Assembly: GCA_031253545.1 (NCBI GenBank)
Contig: JAIRWH010000036.1
Span: forward strand, 1-52,890
Reading direction: 5' to 3'
DNA from: Oscillospiraceae bacterium
Lineage (GTDB): Bacteria > Bacillota > Clostridia > Oscillospirales > UBA929
DNA: 52,890 bases
Below are positions 19,418-28,610 of this stretch, piece by piece. The first letter of the stretch is position 1. Each line of letters starts with the position of its first letter. Under the pieces are notes generated by a model. The model was not told where the DNA came from. It saw only the letters and a list, made by a program, of their open reading frames with translations, and did no database searches. Made by a program: the position numbers and the translations under genes.

Positions 19418-19516
19418 GACGCTCATATCCGTGAGTAGCCGCGACACATAGGTTACACTTCCCGCCGTGTAGCTCTGAGCGCTTGCCATACGCTATGCCA
19501 CAGGTCTGCGCTCTTT
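19418..19516 (-). ncRNA. Candidate structured RNA element
   Basis: Intergenic stems GAGCGC..GCGCTC, TACAC-GGCGGGAA-GTGTA and ACTCA-CGGATA-TGAG. Family not confirmed. Confidence 0.35.
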
Positions 19517-19672
19517 GTCTTTGGGGGCACCGCCTTTGTATTGCGGGTGAACCGTATCGTCAACCCGCGCTTATCCGGCGGGCGCGGGAGGGCTTGCGCT
19601 ATGTGTGTCAATCTCCGCGCCGCGCTTGCGTTTTAGCCTTTGCGGTTGTATAATGGGTGCGGGTGATGCCGG

Positions 19673-20248
19673 GTGGAAAACATACCGCGCCGCGGGAGCC
19701 GGAAGGGGAAGATTATCGCGCTGTGCGTGTTGGGCGCGGCGACGTTGGGCGTTGCCGCGGCGCTCATTGTCAATCGGTCGGTCATCGGGTTTATGCTCTC
19801 CCCGGACAAGATTACCCTCAAGCCCCGCGGAGAGACCGAAGCCATATTGGAGCGGCTTGCCGCCGAGGGCAGCGTAAAGCTCGCCCCCTCCTTGCCCTCG
19901 GAGCCCGGCACCGTGCGCTTTACCGACGCGAAAGACAGCGTGGCAATCACCGCCACATACGCCGGCGAGCGCATGGAGCGTGTCGCCGGAGTTATAGACA
20001 CCTCGAAGGTGGGCATAGACACAATCGAGGAGGCGAAAGCCTTCGCGCGCGTTATGCTCTCGCCCGTCATGGGCGGGGACGAAACCGCCGCGCTCTTGTT
20101 GCGCTACGCTCCGGGTATTATCGCCAATGTGGGCGGCGACACCGTCAACTATACGTTTGACATAGGCAAGAGCTACACCGTGCGCGTGGAGGGTTCGCCT
20201 TACTCCGTTGTGGAGTTTTCCATCGCGGTCAACCCGGGCGGCCCATAA
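19673..20248 (+). CDS. Hypothetical protein with an N-terminal membrane anchor
   Basis: Basic N-terminus and hydrophobic IIALCVLGAATLGVAAALIV. Lies 3 bp from the next gene. Confidence 0.7.
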   Translation: MENIPRRGSRKGKIIALCVLGAATLGVAAALIVNRSVIGFMLSPDKITLKPRGETEAILERLAAEGSVKLAPSLPSEPGTVRFTDAKDSVAITATYAGERMERVAGVIDTSKVGIDTIEEAKAFARVMLSPVMGGDETAALLLRYAPGIIANVGGDTVNYTFDIGKSYTVRVEGSPYSVVEFSIAVNPGGP

Positions 20249-20251
20249 CGC

Positions 20252-20614
20252 ATGAAAGTAGCCGTCGTCGGTTCGCGTTCGCTCGGCAGGGAATATTACC
20301 GTTTGCTTGAAGAACACATACCCGCCGAGTGCAGCGAGGTCATAAGCGGCGGCGCGGCGGGCGTGGACCGGCTTGCCAGGGAATATGCCGAAAGCCGCAA
20401 TATCAGCCTCGTGGAGTTCCTGCCCGACTACAAATCATACGAGCGCAGCGCGCCGATTGTGCGCAACGCCGAAATAGTGGCCCGCGCGGACTTGGTACTG
20501 ATTTTCTGGGACGGTTGCTCGAAGGGTTCGCGCAATGTGATTATGACGTGCATCAACACACACAAGCCGTATCGGGTGATACTCTGCAACGGCGGGCAAA
20601 CAGGCGGCATCTGA
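20252..20614 (+). CDS. SLOG superfamily (DUF2493/YspA-like) protein
   Basis: MKVAVVGSR, ISGGAAGVD, RNAEIV, FWDGCSKGS. Confidence 0.85.
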   Translation: MKVAVVGSRSLGREYYRLLEEHIPAECSEVISGGAAGVDRLAREYAESRNISLVEFLPDYKSYERSAPIVRNAEIVARADLVLIFWDGCSKGSRNVIMTCINTHKPYRVILCNGGQTGGI

Positions 20615-20815
20615 GAGAGACCATGATACTGATAACGTTGAAAACGTAAAAGAAATGCCGGGGTGGTCGCCGTGCCCATAGCGCGCGCTGCGGCGGCGTT
20701 CGCGAGGGCGGCGGTACAGATATTACCGTTGCGCGCGGCACAGCTGCGGCAAAACGCGCGGATTCATCCGTTGCCTCTTCCCCAAGACTCGAACATCAAG
20801 CCCCGTAATTTCCGA

Positions 20816-20844
20816 TTGCGTTTTTCCCGCGTTTATTGTACAAT
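20816..20844 (+). promoter_or_regulatory. Sigma70-type promoter of the hydrolase-permease operon
   Basis: TTGCGT-17 bp-TACAAT. Confidence 0.6.
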
Positions 20845-20918
20845 GTTACAACCGAGCCGAAAGACGCGAGCTGCCGCCCGTGTTCGGTTTGGCACGTTAA
20901 TGTCGGGGTGGTGCTTTC

Positions 20919-21434
20919 TTGAAGAAGCTGTTGGTTGTGGTGGATATGCAAAACGACTTTATCTCCGGTTCGCTCGGTTCGCCGCAGGCGCGGGCCATAC
21001 TGCCCGCCGTGAAGGCGAAAATCGAGAGCGGCAAGCGCGGCGGCGACTCTGTCGTATTCACCCGCGACACCCACGGTGCCGATTATCTCGACACGCAAGA
21101 GGGCAAACTCTTGCCGGTGCCGCATTGTATCGCCGGAACACAAGGCCATGAGATAACTTCCGAGCTCGATACCGGCGGGTGCGCCGTGGTGGATAAGCCC
21201 GCCTTCGGTTCCGCGGAGCTCGCCGCGCTGGCGGCCGAAGGCGACTACGGCGAAATTGAGCTGTGCGGCCTTTGCACGGACATCTGTGTTGTCTCAAACG
21301 CGCTGATTCTCAAGGCCCGATTGCCGGAGACGCCCATTCGCGTGGACGCGCGCTGCTGCGCGGGCGTGACCGAGGAAAGCCACCGCGCCGCCCTGCTTAC
21401 CATGAAGATGTGCCAGGTACTCATTACCGAATGA
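20919..21434 (+). CDS. Isochorismatase-family cysteine hydrolase, nicotinamidase-like
   Basis: VVDMQNDF, DTH, PHC, DKPAFGS and GLCTDICV give the Asp-Lys-Cys triad and PncA-type metal ligands. Confidence 0.88.
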   Translation: MKKLLVVVDMQNDFISGSLGSPQARAILPAVKAKIESGKRGGDSVVFTRDTHGADYLDTQEGKLLPVPHCIAGTQGHEITSELDTGGCAVVDKPAFGSAELAALAAEGDYGEIELCGLCTDICVVSNALILKARLPETPIRVDARCCAGVTEESHRAALLTMKMCQVLITE

Positions 21435-21454
21435 CAATAAAAGGAGACCATGAC

Positions 21455-22786
21455 ATGAGCAAGAAAACAAAAAAAGACGTTGCGGCAGGGTATCTGCCGG
21501 ACGAGACTCCGTCGCCCGGCAAGCTGATTGTCTTCGCGTTCCAGCAGCTGTTGGTCATGTTCCCTGCCACGGTGACCGTGGCGCTGCTCACGGGCTTCCA
21601 TGTGTCCACCACGATTTTCGCCAGCGGCCTTGCCACATTGTGCTTCCTATTCATCACAAAAGGCAAGATACCCCTCTATTACGGCTCCAGCTTTTCCTAC
21701 ATAGCGGCCGTGACGGGCATTACCTCCGCCACATTCGGCGAGGTCGCCGCAAACGAGCTCATCGGCAAGGCTCAGTTCGGCATCATCTTTTCGGGTCTTG
21801 TCTCCATAGTGGCGGGGTTGATTGTCACGCGTTTCGGCATGTCCACCATCGAAAAGGTTCTGCCGCCCACGGTGACCGGCTCCATCGCGCTCGTCATCGG
21901 CATATCCCTCGCGGGCGTGGCGCTGACCGGCGCCGTGGGTTACGGCGACGGCGCGCTGTCGCCGGATTCGGACAGGATGTGGATAGCCGCGTTGGTCACG
22001 TTAGTGGCCACGGTGGTCTTTTCCGTCTACCTAAAGGGTGTGCTCGGCCAGCTGCCCATACTGTTCGGCATTATGGTGGGCTATGTGGTGGCCGTGTCGC
22101 TCGACCTTGTGGACTTTTCCGGCGTTTTTGCCGGCAGGGTGGTGGATTTGCCGCACTTCACGCTCCCCGTGCCGGACGGCGTGGCCGTGCTTGCCATCAT
22201 GCCCATCGCCATAGCCACGATACCCGAATCCACGGCGCACTTGTTCCAGCTGGATATATACGTCAACAACCTCGCGAAATTGAAAGGCAAAGGCGAATAC
22301 AAGATTGCCGACAAATTGGGCATCAACCTCATCGGCGACGGCGTGGGCGACATTGTGGCCTCGGCCTTCGGCGGCCCCGGCGGCACGAACTACGGCGAGA
22401 ATATCTCCACGATGGCCATCACCAAAAACTTCTCGGTGAAAATGCTCGGCACAGCCGCGATTATGGCCATGGTGCTCGCGTTTGTCACCCCTCTCTCGAA
22501 TATCATCAACACCGTGCCCGCGGCGGTAATCAACGGCGCGTGTATCTTCCTCTTCGGGGTTATAGCCGCGCAGGGCATCGCCATCATGATAAACAAGAAG
22601 GTGGATATGTTTGACGCGCGGAACCTCGCGGTTATCGCCGTCATACTTATCATCGGCTTAGGCGGGCACTATGGCTTTTCCGGCGGTATGATACCCTTCT
22701 TCGGCGCGAAACTTCCCGCCATCGCCACGGCGGCCATCGCGGGCATCGTTGTCAACGCGTTGCTCTCGGTCGGCAGGAAAACATGA
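21455..22786 (+). CDS. NCS2 (uracil/xanthine-type) permease
   Basis: GSSFSY, PPTVTG, GGPGGTNYGEN signature, LFGVIA, many TM segments. AAGGAG RBS upstream. Confidence 0.92.
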   Translation: MSKKTKKDVAAGYLPDETPSPGKLIVFAFQQLLVMFPATVTVALLTGFHVSTTIFASGLATLCFLFITKGKIPLYYGSSFSYIAAVTGITSATFGEVAANELIGKAQFGIIFSGLVSIVAGLIVTRFGMSTIEKVLPPTVTGSIALVIGISLAGVALTGAVGYGDGALSPDSDRMWIAALVTLVATVVFSVYLKGVLGQLPILFGIMVGYVVAVSLDLVDFSGVFAGRVVDLPHFTLPVPDGVAVLAIMPIAIATIPESTAHLFQLDIYVNNLAKLKGKGEYKIADKLGINLIGDGVGDIVASAFGGPGGTNYGENISTMAITKNFSVKMLGTAAIMAMVLAFVTPLSNIINTVPAAVINGACIFLFGVIAAQGIAIMINKKVDMFDARNLAVIAVILIIGLGGHYGFSGGMIPFFGAKLPAIATAAIAGIVVNALLSVGRKT

Positions 22787-22847
22787 AGACCCCGCCGCCC
22801 TGCCGTAGCCCTCTATCTCCGGCCACGCCCGGCGCGCGGAAGAGGGT

Positions 22848-25800
22848 ATGATACAGGTTATAAAAAACAATCCGGATAAATGCACGGGCTGCAACAGGTG
22901 CGTGCGCGAGTGCCCGGTGAAGACAGCCAACGTAACCTACCAAGACGAGGCGGAAAGCGTCAAGGTAAAGGTAGACAAGGCGAAGTGCGTCAACTGCGGG
23001 CGCTGTGTGTCGGCTTGTAAGCATGGGGCGCGCTATTATGAAGACGATACCGCGCGCTTTTTCCGCGACTTGGCGGCGGGTGAAAACATCTCACTCATAG
23101 CGGCCCCTTCGGTGCGGGTCAATATACCGCACTATAAACGACTGTTTACGTTTCTCAAAAACGCGGGCGTGAAGAAAATCTTCGATGTTTCCTTGGGCGC
23201 GGATATTTGCATATGGGCGCATGTGCGCCATCTTGAAAGGCATACGCGGGAGAAAATCATCACCCAGCCGTGCCCCGCGGTGGTCTTGTATTGCGAAAAA
23301 TATAAGCCCGAGCTGTTGCCGCGCCTTTCGCCCGTCCATAGCCCCATGGCCTGCACGGCGGTATATATGCGCACGTACAAAGGCGCGGACGGTGCCATAG
23401 CGGCGCTCTCGCCGTGCATAGCGAAAGCCGCGGAGTTCGCGTCCACAAAGTTGGTGCAATACAACGTCACGTTTGCCAAACTGAGCGAATATATCCGCGA
23501 CAACGGTATCGCGCTGCCTGCGGAGGAGAGCGGCTACGACCACCCCGATGCCGATTTGGGCTCGCTCTTTCCCTCGCCGGGAGGCTTGAAAGAAAACTTG
23601 GAGTTTCACCTCGGCGCCTCCGTGAGCATAGACAAAGCCGAGGGTTTCGGCATATATGAAAACTTGGACTTGTATTCGGAAACCCGCGACACCATGCTTC
23701 CGGAGGTGTTTGACATCCTCAACTGCGAGAACGGGTGCAGCGCGGGGCCGGCCTCCTCGTTTTCCGAAAGCCCGTTTGTCGTGGCAAGAGCTATGGATAA
23801 ACGGCGCAAACGAATGAGCGCGCGGCAGCGAAGGGACTATTATCAAATGCTCTACGACGAATACGATGCCATGTTTGATTTGCGCGACTTTATGAGGGAA
23901 TACGATAAGGGCGGCCATGAACCCCTCCGCGTGATTACGGACGAAGACACGGAGCAGGCGTTTTTACGCCTGCACAAATACACCCGCGAACAGCGCAACG
24001 TAGATTGCGGCGCCTGCGGCAACAAAACCTGCCACGATATGGCGCGCCAAATTGCGGCGGGGGTCAATATCCCGATAAACTGCATGGTAAAAGCGATGGA
24101 GACCGCAAAGGCCGAACACGAAAGCAACGTCAATTCGTTGGAGCAATTCAAGACGATATGGCATAACGTGGAAAGCGGCATTGTAATTACAGACGCGCAA
24201 ACGCGCGCCGTGATTGACGTCAACCCCGCGGCGGAGCGTATGCTCGGCTATGATAAGTCGCAGATGACGGGCAAAAGCTGCGCGGAGCTTTTCTGCAAAA
24301 ACGGCTGCCCCATTACCGATAACGCGCGCGCGGCAAACCGTTTGGAGCAAACGCTTTACAGGTCCGACGGCTCGGCGTTCCCCGTATTGAAGTCGGTGTC
24401 CGAGATTACATATAACGGCAAAAGCGCCCTGCTCGAAAGTTTTTCGGATATAACCTACCTGAAAGAAGTGGAAAAACAAAAGCGTATGCTTGAAGTGGCC
24501 GAACACGCGAGTTTGGCCAAAAGCAGCTTCCTTTCGGGCATGAGCCACGAAATCCGCACCCCCATGAACGCCATTATCGGCATGACGCAGATTGCGGCGA
24601 AAACCGACGAGACGGAGAAACTCAAATACTGCCTTTCGAGCATAGAAAGCTCGTCCGCCCACTTGCTCGGACTGATTAACGACATACTCGACATATCCAA
24701 AATCGAGGCGGGTATGCTGGAGCTTGACGACACGGAGATAAACATAGAGGAAACGCTCTCAAACGTTTGCGCCCTTGTGACCGAGAAAGCCGAACAAAAG
24801 AGCCTGCGGTTTTTCGTCGGAATCGGCAAGGGCATAAAGACGCGCTATATGGGCGACGGGCTGCGCCTCTCGCAAGTGCTGACCAACCTGCTGTCCAACG
24901 CCGTGAAGTTTACGGGCGCGGGCGGCAAGATTGAACTGACGGCGGACGAGATACGCGGCGGCGAGAGCGCGGTGCTGCGTTTTGCCGTGAGCGACACGGG
25001 GGTGGGCATATCCGAAGAGCACCTGGAAAAACTCTTTACCGCGTTTGTGCAGGCGGAAAGCAGTACCGCCCGTGAATACGGCGGCACAGGGCTGGGGCTT
25101 GCCATATCAAAGAACATAGTGGAAAAAATGGGCGGCAGGATATGGGTGGATTCCCGGCCGGGCAGCGGCTCCGTGTTCAGCTTTGAGGTCAGGCTCAAAC
25201 GACTCGGCGGTTCCAAAGCGGCGGCGGCCTACGACACCGCGAGCATGGCGGACGCAAGGCTTCTCTATGTGGGCACCGACGCGTTGGCGAGGGATTACTT
25301 CAGGGCAAGCGCGGATTACCTGGGCGTTGGTTGCGTGGACGCGGCCGAGAGCGTAACGCGCGCCTTGGCCCTGGCGACGGCGGCAAGGGGGCAAGGCCGC
25401 CCGTATACCGCCGCGTTCGCGGATTGCGCTCTTGTGGACGAGGGCAGCATAGCCTATTTGCGTGAAAACGGCTTCAAGTTCAACAACAACGTGGTCGTCA
25501 TAGCCTCCTTCTTTAACAGAGACAGGCTTGATGCCATGTTGCAAGGCGTGGATACCGTCCGGTTTCTCTCCAAACCCCTCTTCCCCTCGCCGCTTTACAG
25601 GGTAATCGCGGAAATCCTCCACAAGGAGTCGATTACGCTCACCGCCGAGGAATCCGGCGGCGCGAATACCCCGGACTTTTCGGCCCTCACGTTGCTCCTT
25701 GCCGAAGACGTGGAAATCGGCAGGGAAATATTTATCGCCTTGCTCGAACCCACGGGCATAAAAATCCGCGCCGCTGAAAACGGCGCGGAAGCCGTGGAGA

Positions 25801-26087
25801 TGTTTCGCGCCGACCCCGATACATACGACATCATTATCATGGACGTGCAAATGCCGCGAATGGACGGCTACGACGCCACGCGAGCCATACGCGCGCTCGG
25901 CACGGAGAAGGCCGCGCATATTCCGATTATCGCCATGACCGCCAATGTGTTTCGCGAAGACGTGGAAAAGTGCCTGCAAGCCGGCATGGACGACCACTTG
26001 GCGAAGCCCATTGAGGCGGGCAAGACCATTGCGAAGATAATGTACTATTGCGTAACAAAGCCGGGAAGCGGGGGCGGTGTCCCGTGA
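22848..26087 (+). CDS. Hybrid histidine kinase: 2[4Fe-4S] + [FeFe]-hydrogenase-like domain + FeS + PAS + HisKA/HATPase + pseudo-REC + REC
   Basis: CTGCNRCVREC and CVNCGRCVSAC; H-cluster-like TQPCP, SPCIAKAAE and DILNCENGCSAG; DCGACGNKTC; PAS VNPAAERMLGY; SHEIRTPMN; GGTGLGL; MDVQMP. Confidence 0.9.
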   Translation: MIQVIKNNPDKCTGCNRCVRECPVKTANVTYQDEAESVKVKVDKAKCVNCGRCVSACKHGARYYEDDTARFFRDLAAGENISLIAAPSVRVNIPHYKRLFTFLKNAGVKKIFDVSLGADICIWAHVRHLERHTREKIITQPCPAVVLYCEKYKPELLPRLSPVHSPMACTAVYMRTYKGADGAIAALSPCIAKAAEFASTKLVQYNVTFAKLSEYIRDNGIALPAEESGYDHPDADLGSLFPSPGGLKENLEFHLGASVSIDKAEGFGIYENLDLYSETRDTMLPEVFDILNCENGCSAGPASSFSESPFVVARAMDKRRKRMSARQRRDYYQMLYDEYDAMFDLRDFMREYDKGGHEPLRVITDEDTEQAFLRLHKYTREQRNVDCGACGNKTCHDMARQIAAGVNIPINCMVKAMETAKAEHESNVNSLEQFKTIWHNVESGIVITDAQTRAVIDVNPAAERMLGYDKSQMTGKSCAELFCKNGCPITDNARAANRLEQTLYRSDGSAFPVLKSVSEITYNGKSALLESFSDITYLKEVEKQKRMLEVAEHASLAKSSFLSGMSHEIRTPMNAIIGMTQIAAKTDETEKLKYCLSSIESSSAHLLGLINDILDISKIEAGMLELDDTEINIEETLSNVCALVTEKAEQKSLRFFVGIGKGIKTRYMGDGLRLSQVLTNLLSNAVKFTGAGGKIELTADEIRGGESAVLRFAVSDTGVGISEEHLEKLFTAFVQAESSTAREYGGTGLGLAISKNIVEKMGGRIWVDSRPGSGSVFSFEVRLKRLGGSKAAAAYDTASMADARLLYVGTDALARDYFRASADYLGVGCVDAAESVTRALALATAARGQGRPYTAAFADCALVDEGSIAYLRENGFKFNNNVVVIASFFNRDRLDAMLQGVDTVRFLSKPLFPSPLYRVIAEILHKESITLTAEESGGANTPDFSALTLLLAEDVEIGREIFIALLEPTGIKIRAAENGAEAVEMFRADPDTYDIIIMDVQMPRMDGYDATRAIRALGTEKAAHIPIIAMTANVFREDVEKCLQAGMDDHLAKPIEAGKTIAKIMYYCVTKPGSGGGVP

Positions 26088-28585
26088 CGCGCAAGAAGCC
26101 CAAGGGGCCGATGTACCCCATCGTGGCGCTGCTTTTTGCGGTGACGCTGGCCGTTATCGGCTTTGTGACGCGCTTTCAGACCAACGCCATTATCGAAAGG
26201 CTCACCTTTGCCCAAGCGCAGACCGCCAACCGCGCGTTCGCCAACTACATAAAAGAGTTGGAAGACAGAGCCATGCAGAGGGCGGAACTTGTGTCCCGCG
26301 ACGAATCTGTCGTCGCCGCGCTCACGCGCGGCGACGGCGAAACGCTTGGCGGTATTGCGGCAAACTTCGCTTTGGGCATGGACCTTGTCAGTATCAGCGA
26401 CAGCAACGGGGCGGTGCTTGCCGCCTCCGAGAGCAATTCGGAGGCGCGCGACCTTTCGGCCCACACCGTAATCAGGCACGTGCTGCAGACCGGAGAAAAA
26501 TCCGCCTCCGTGGCGAAGAACCTGTCCACAGACAGGCTTGCCGTGGCGGCTTGCGCCCCGGTATACAACGGCGGCGTTATCGCGGGTATTGTAAAGTGTG
26601 AGTTCGACCTTTCCAGGCAAGACTTCGTGGACGAGTTTAAGAGTCAGATGGGATGCGAGGCCACCGTGTTTCAAGACAGCCTCAGGCTCAGCACCACCAT
26701 GACCGACCGCGCCGGCCGCCGCATTATCGGTACCGCGGCGCAAGACTCCGTGAAAGAAGCCGTGCTCGGCAGAGGCGAATCGTATGTCGGTGTGTTAGAG
26801 ATATTCGATAAGGCTTACGCCGTGTGCTATTCGCCGATGGTGGTCAATTCCGCCATTGAGGGTATGCTGTATACCGGCATTGAGATAGACGCGATACTGT
26901 CTTCGCAGCGCGTTATGAACTTTTGGATAATATTGGCGGCGGCGTTTGGCATATCCGCCACGAGCGTGTTTATGGTGATAACGGGCGTGACCACGAAGAA
27001 ATACAATATCGCCGTGGAAAACGAAATGCGGCAGCAGGCTCGCATTATTGCAATGGAACGCCAGTCGGCCATCGTGGAAAAATCGCCGCATATTATATTC
27101 TACACCAACAGAAACTGCGATATTATCTACGCGAACCCCGCCGCCGCCGCGCTTTCGGGTTACACGGAAGACGAACTGGTTGCCGGCGGCATCGGTCTGG
27201 TCTTCGACGCGCAGACGGTGAAAAAAATCAAAACCGAGTATCTGCCCGCCACCATAAAGGAGGGCGTGGACAATCGCGAATTGCCGCTCTATCGCAAAGA
27301 CGGCCAAAAGCGTATGCTCGAACTGCGGAGCTTCACCGTGAACGAGGGCGATATAGCCGTGACCGCCGCGGATGTCACGGAGACCCGCGTTTTAGAAAGC
27401 GAATTGATTGCGGCAAAAGACCGGGCGGAAAAGGCTAATTCGGCAAAAAGCGAGTTTTTGTCGCGCATGAGCCACGAGATGAGAACCCCAATGAACGCCA
27501 TTATCGGCATGACCGAGCTTGCGAAAAAATCGGCCGGGGGCGAGAAAACGGCGGGCTACCTCGGAAGCATACACGAAGCGTCGCGTCATTTGCTGCGGAT
27601 AATAGACGATATATTGGATATGACGCAAATTGAGAGCGGGAAGATAGAATTGCGCTACCACGGCTTCGATTTCGGCAAAATGATAACCGATGCCGCGGAG
27701 ATTACGCGCTTCGACGCAGACAAAAAGCGCCATACGCTCAGCGTGGACGCGGCAGGCTGCGCGGGGCGGTATGTGTTGTGCGACGAGCGCCGCTTGAAGC
27801 AGGTTATCGTCAATCTGCTTTCCAACGCCGTGAAGTTTACCCCGCCGGACGGTGCCGTGCGCCTGACCGCGCGCTTACTGAAAGACGAAGGCGCGTTATA
27901 CGCCGCGGAAATTGCCGTGGAAGACAACGGCATGGGTATATCCGAAGACGTGCGGCATAAGCTGTTCACGCCGTTTGAGCAGGTAGACGGCGGTGTGTCG
28001 CGCAAGCACGGAGGCACGGGTCTGGGTCTTGCCGTCGCCGCGCGCATAGTAGAGAAAATGGGCGGCAAGGTCAGCGTATCCTCCAAACTCGGCCAAGGGT
28101 CAAGGTTCAGCTTCACCATACCACTCAAAGAAAGCGAAGGGCCCGCCGCCCCCGGCGGCGATACCGCGTCGGAGAAGGCGGCCGTCTCCGAGCCGCGCGC
28201 GATACTCATGGCCGAGGACGTGGAGATAAACAGGCAGATAGTGGAGGAATTGCTCGGGGGCACGGGCATTACGGTGGACATGGCCGAAAACGGGCGGCAG
28301 GCTTATGAAATGCATAAAGCCGACCCCGAGAGATACGGCCTTATCCTCATGGACATCAATATGCCGGAGATGGACGGTTACACGGCCACCCGCCATATAC
28401 GCGCCCTCGGGGCGGAAGGCGGGGGCAATGTGCCCGTTATCGCGCTGACGGCGAATATGTTTACCGAGGATGTGGAGAAATGCATGAAGGCAGGCATGGA
28501 CGCGCATATCGGCAAGCCGATTGACCCTGCGGCGCTGTTTGCCATGCTTAATAGATTTATGGACAAAACGCGCGGCGATATATGA
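26084..28585 (+). CDS. Membrane hybrid histidine kinase: Cache-like sensor, PAS, HisKA/HATPase, REC
   Basis: Two TM helices flank EATVF..RLSTT..GRRIIGT..Y.P..GMLYTG. Also YANPAA..SGY, SHEMRTPMN and MDINMP. GTG start overlaps the upstream TGA. Confidence 0.9.
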   Translation: MTRKKPKGPMYPIVALLFAVTLAVIGFVTRFQTNAIIERLTFAQAQTANRAFANYIKELEDRAMQRAELVSRDESVVAALTRGDGETLGGIAANFALGMDLVSISDSNGAVLAASESNSEARDLSAHTVIRHVLQTGEKSASVAKNLSTDRLAVAACAPVYNGGVIAGIVKCEFDLSRQDFVDEFKSQMGCEATVFQDSLRLSTTMTDRAGRRIIGTAAQDSVKEAVLGRGESYVGVLEIFDKAYAVCYSPMVVNSAIEGMLYTGIEIDAILSSQRVMNFWIILAAAFGISATSVFMVITGVTTKKYNIAVENEMRQQARIIAMERQSAIVEKSPHIIFYTNRNCDIIYANPAAAALSGYTEDELVAGGIGLVFDAQTVKKIKTEYLPATIKEGVDNRELPLYRKDGQKRMLELRSFTVNEGDIAVTAADVTETRVLESELIAAKDRAEKANSAKSEFLSRMSHEMRTPMNAIIGMTELAKKSAGGEKTAGYLGSIHEASRHLLRIIDDILDMTQIESGKIELRYHGFDFGKMITDAAEITRFDADKKRHTLSVDAAGCAGRYVLCDERRLKQVIVNLLSNAVKFTPPDGAVRLTARLLKDEGALYAAEIAVEDNGMGISEDVRHKLFTPFEQVDGGVSRKHGGTGLGLAVAARIVEKMGGKVSVSSKLGQGSRFSFTIPLKESEGPAAPGGDTASEKAAVSEPRAILMAEDVEINRQIVEELLGGTGITVDMAENGRQAYEMHKADPERYGLILMDINMPEMDGYTATRHIRALGAEGGGNVPVIALTANMFTEDVEKCMKAGMDAHIGKPIDPAALFAMLNRFMDKTRGDI

Positions 28586-28610
28586 TATATATGGAAAGGG
28601 GCGGGCGAGA

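Noticed and set aside
19400-19570. 6S RNA, IscB omega/HEARO RNA or a known riboswitch
   Set aside because: Only fragmentary resemblance. The diagnostic motifs and associated genes are absent.
20850-20900. PyrR site or NAD+-II riboswitch
   Set aside because: Consensus sequences are not matched; only a generic hairpin is present.
22848-24100. Catalytic H2-evolving group A hydrogenase
   Set aside because: The proton-transfer Cys and conserved Met residues are missing, the domain is fused to a kinase, and no maturases or redox partners are adjacent.
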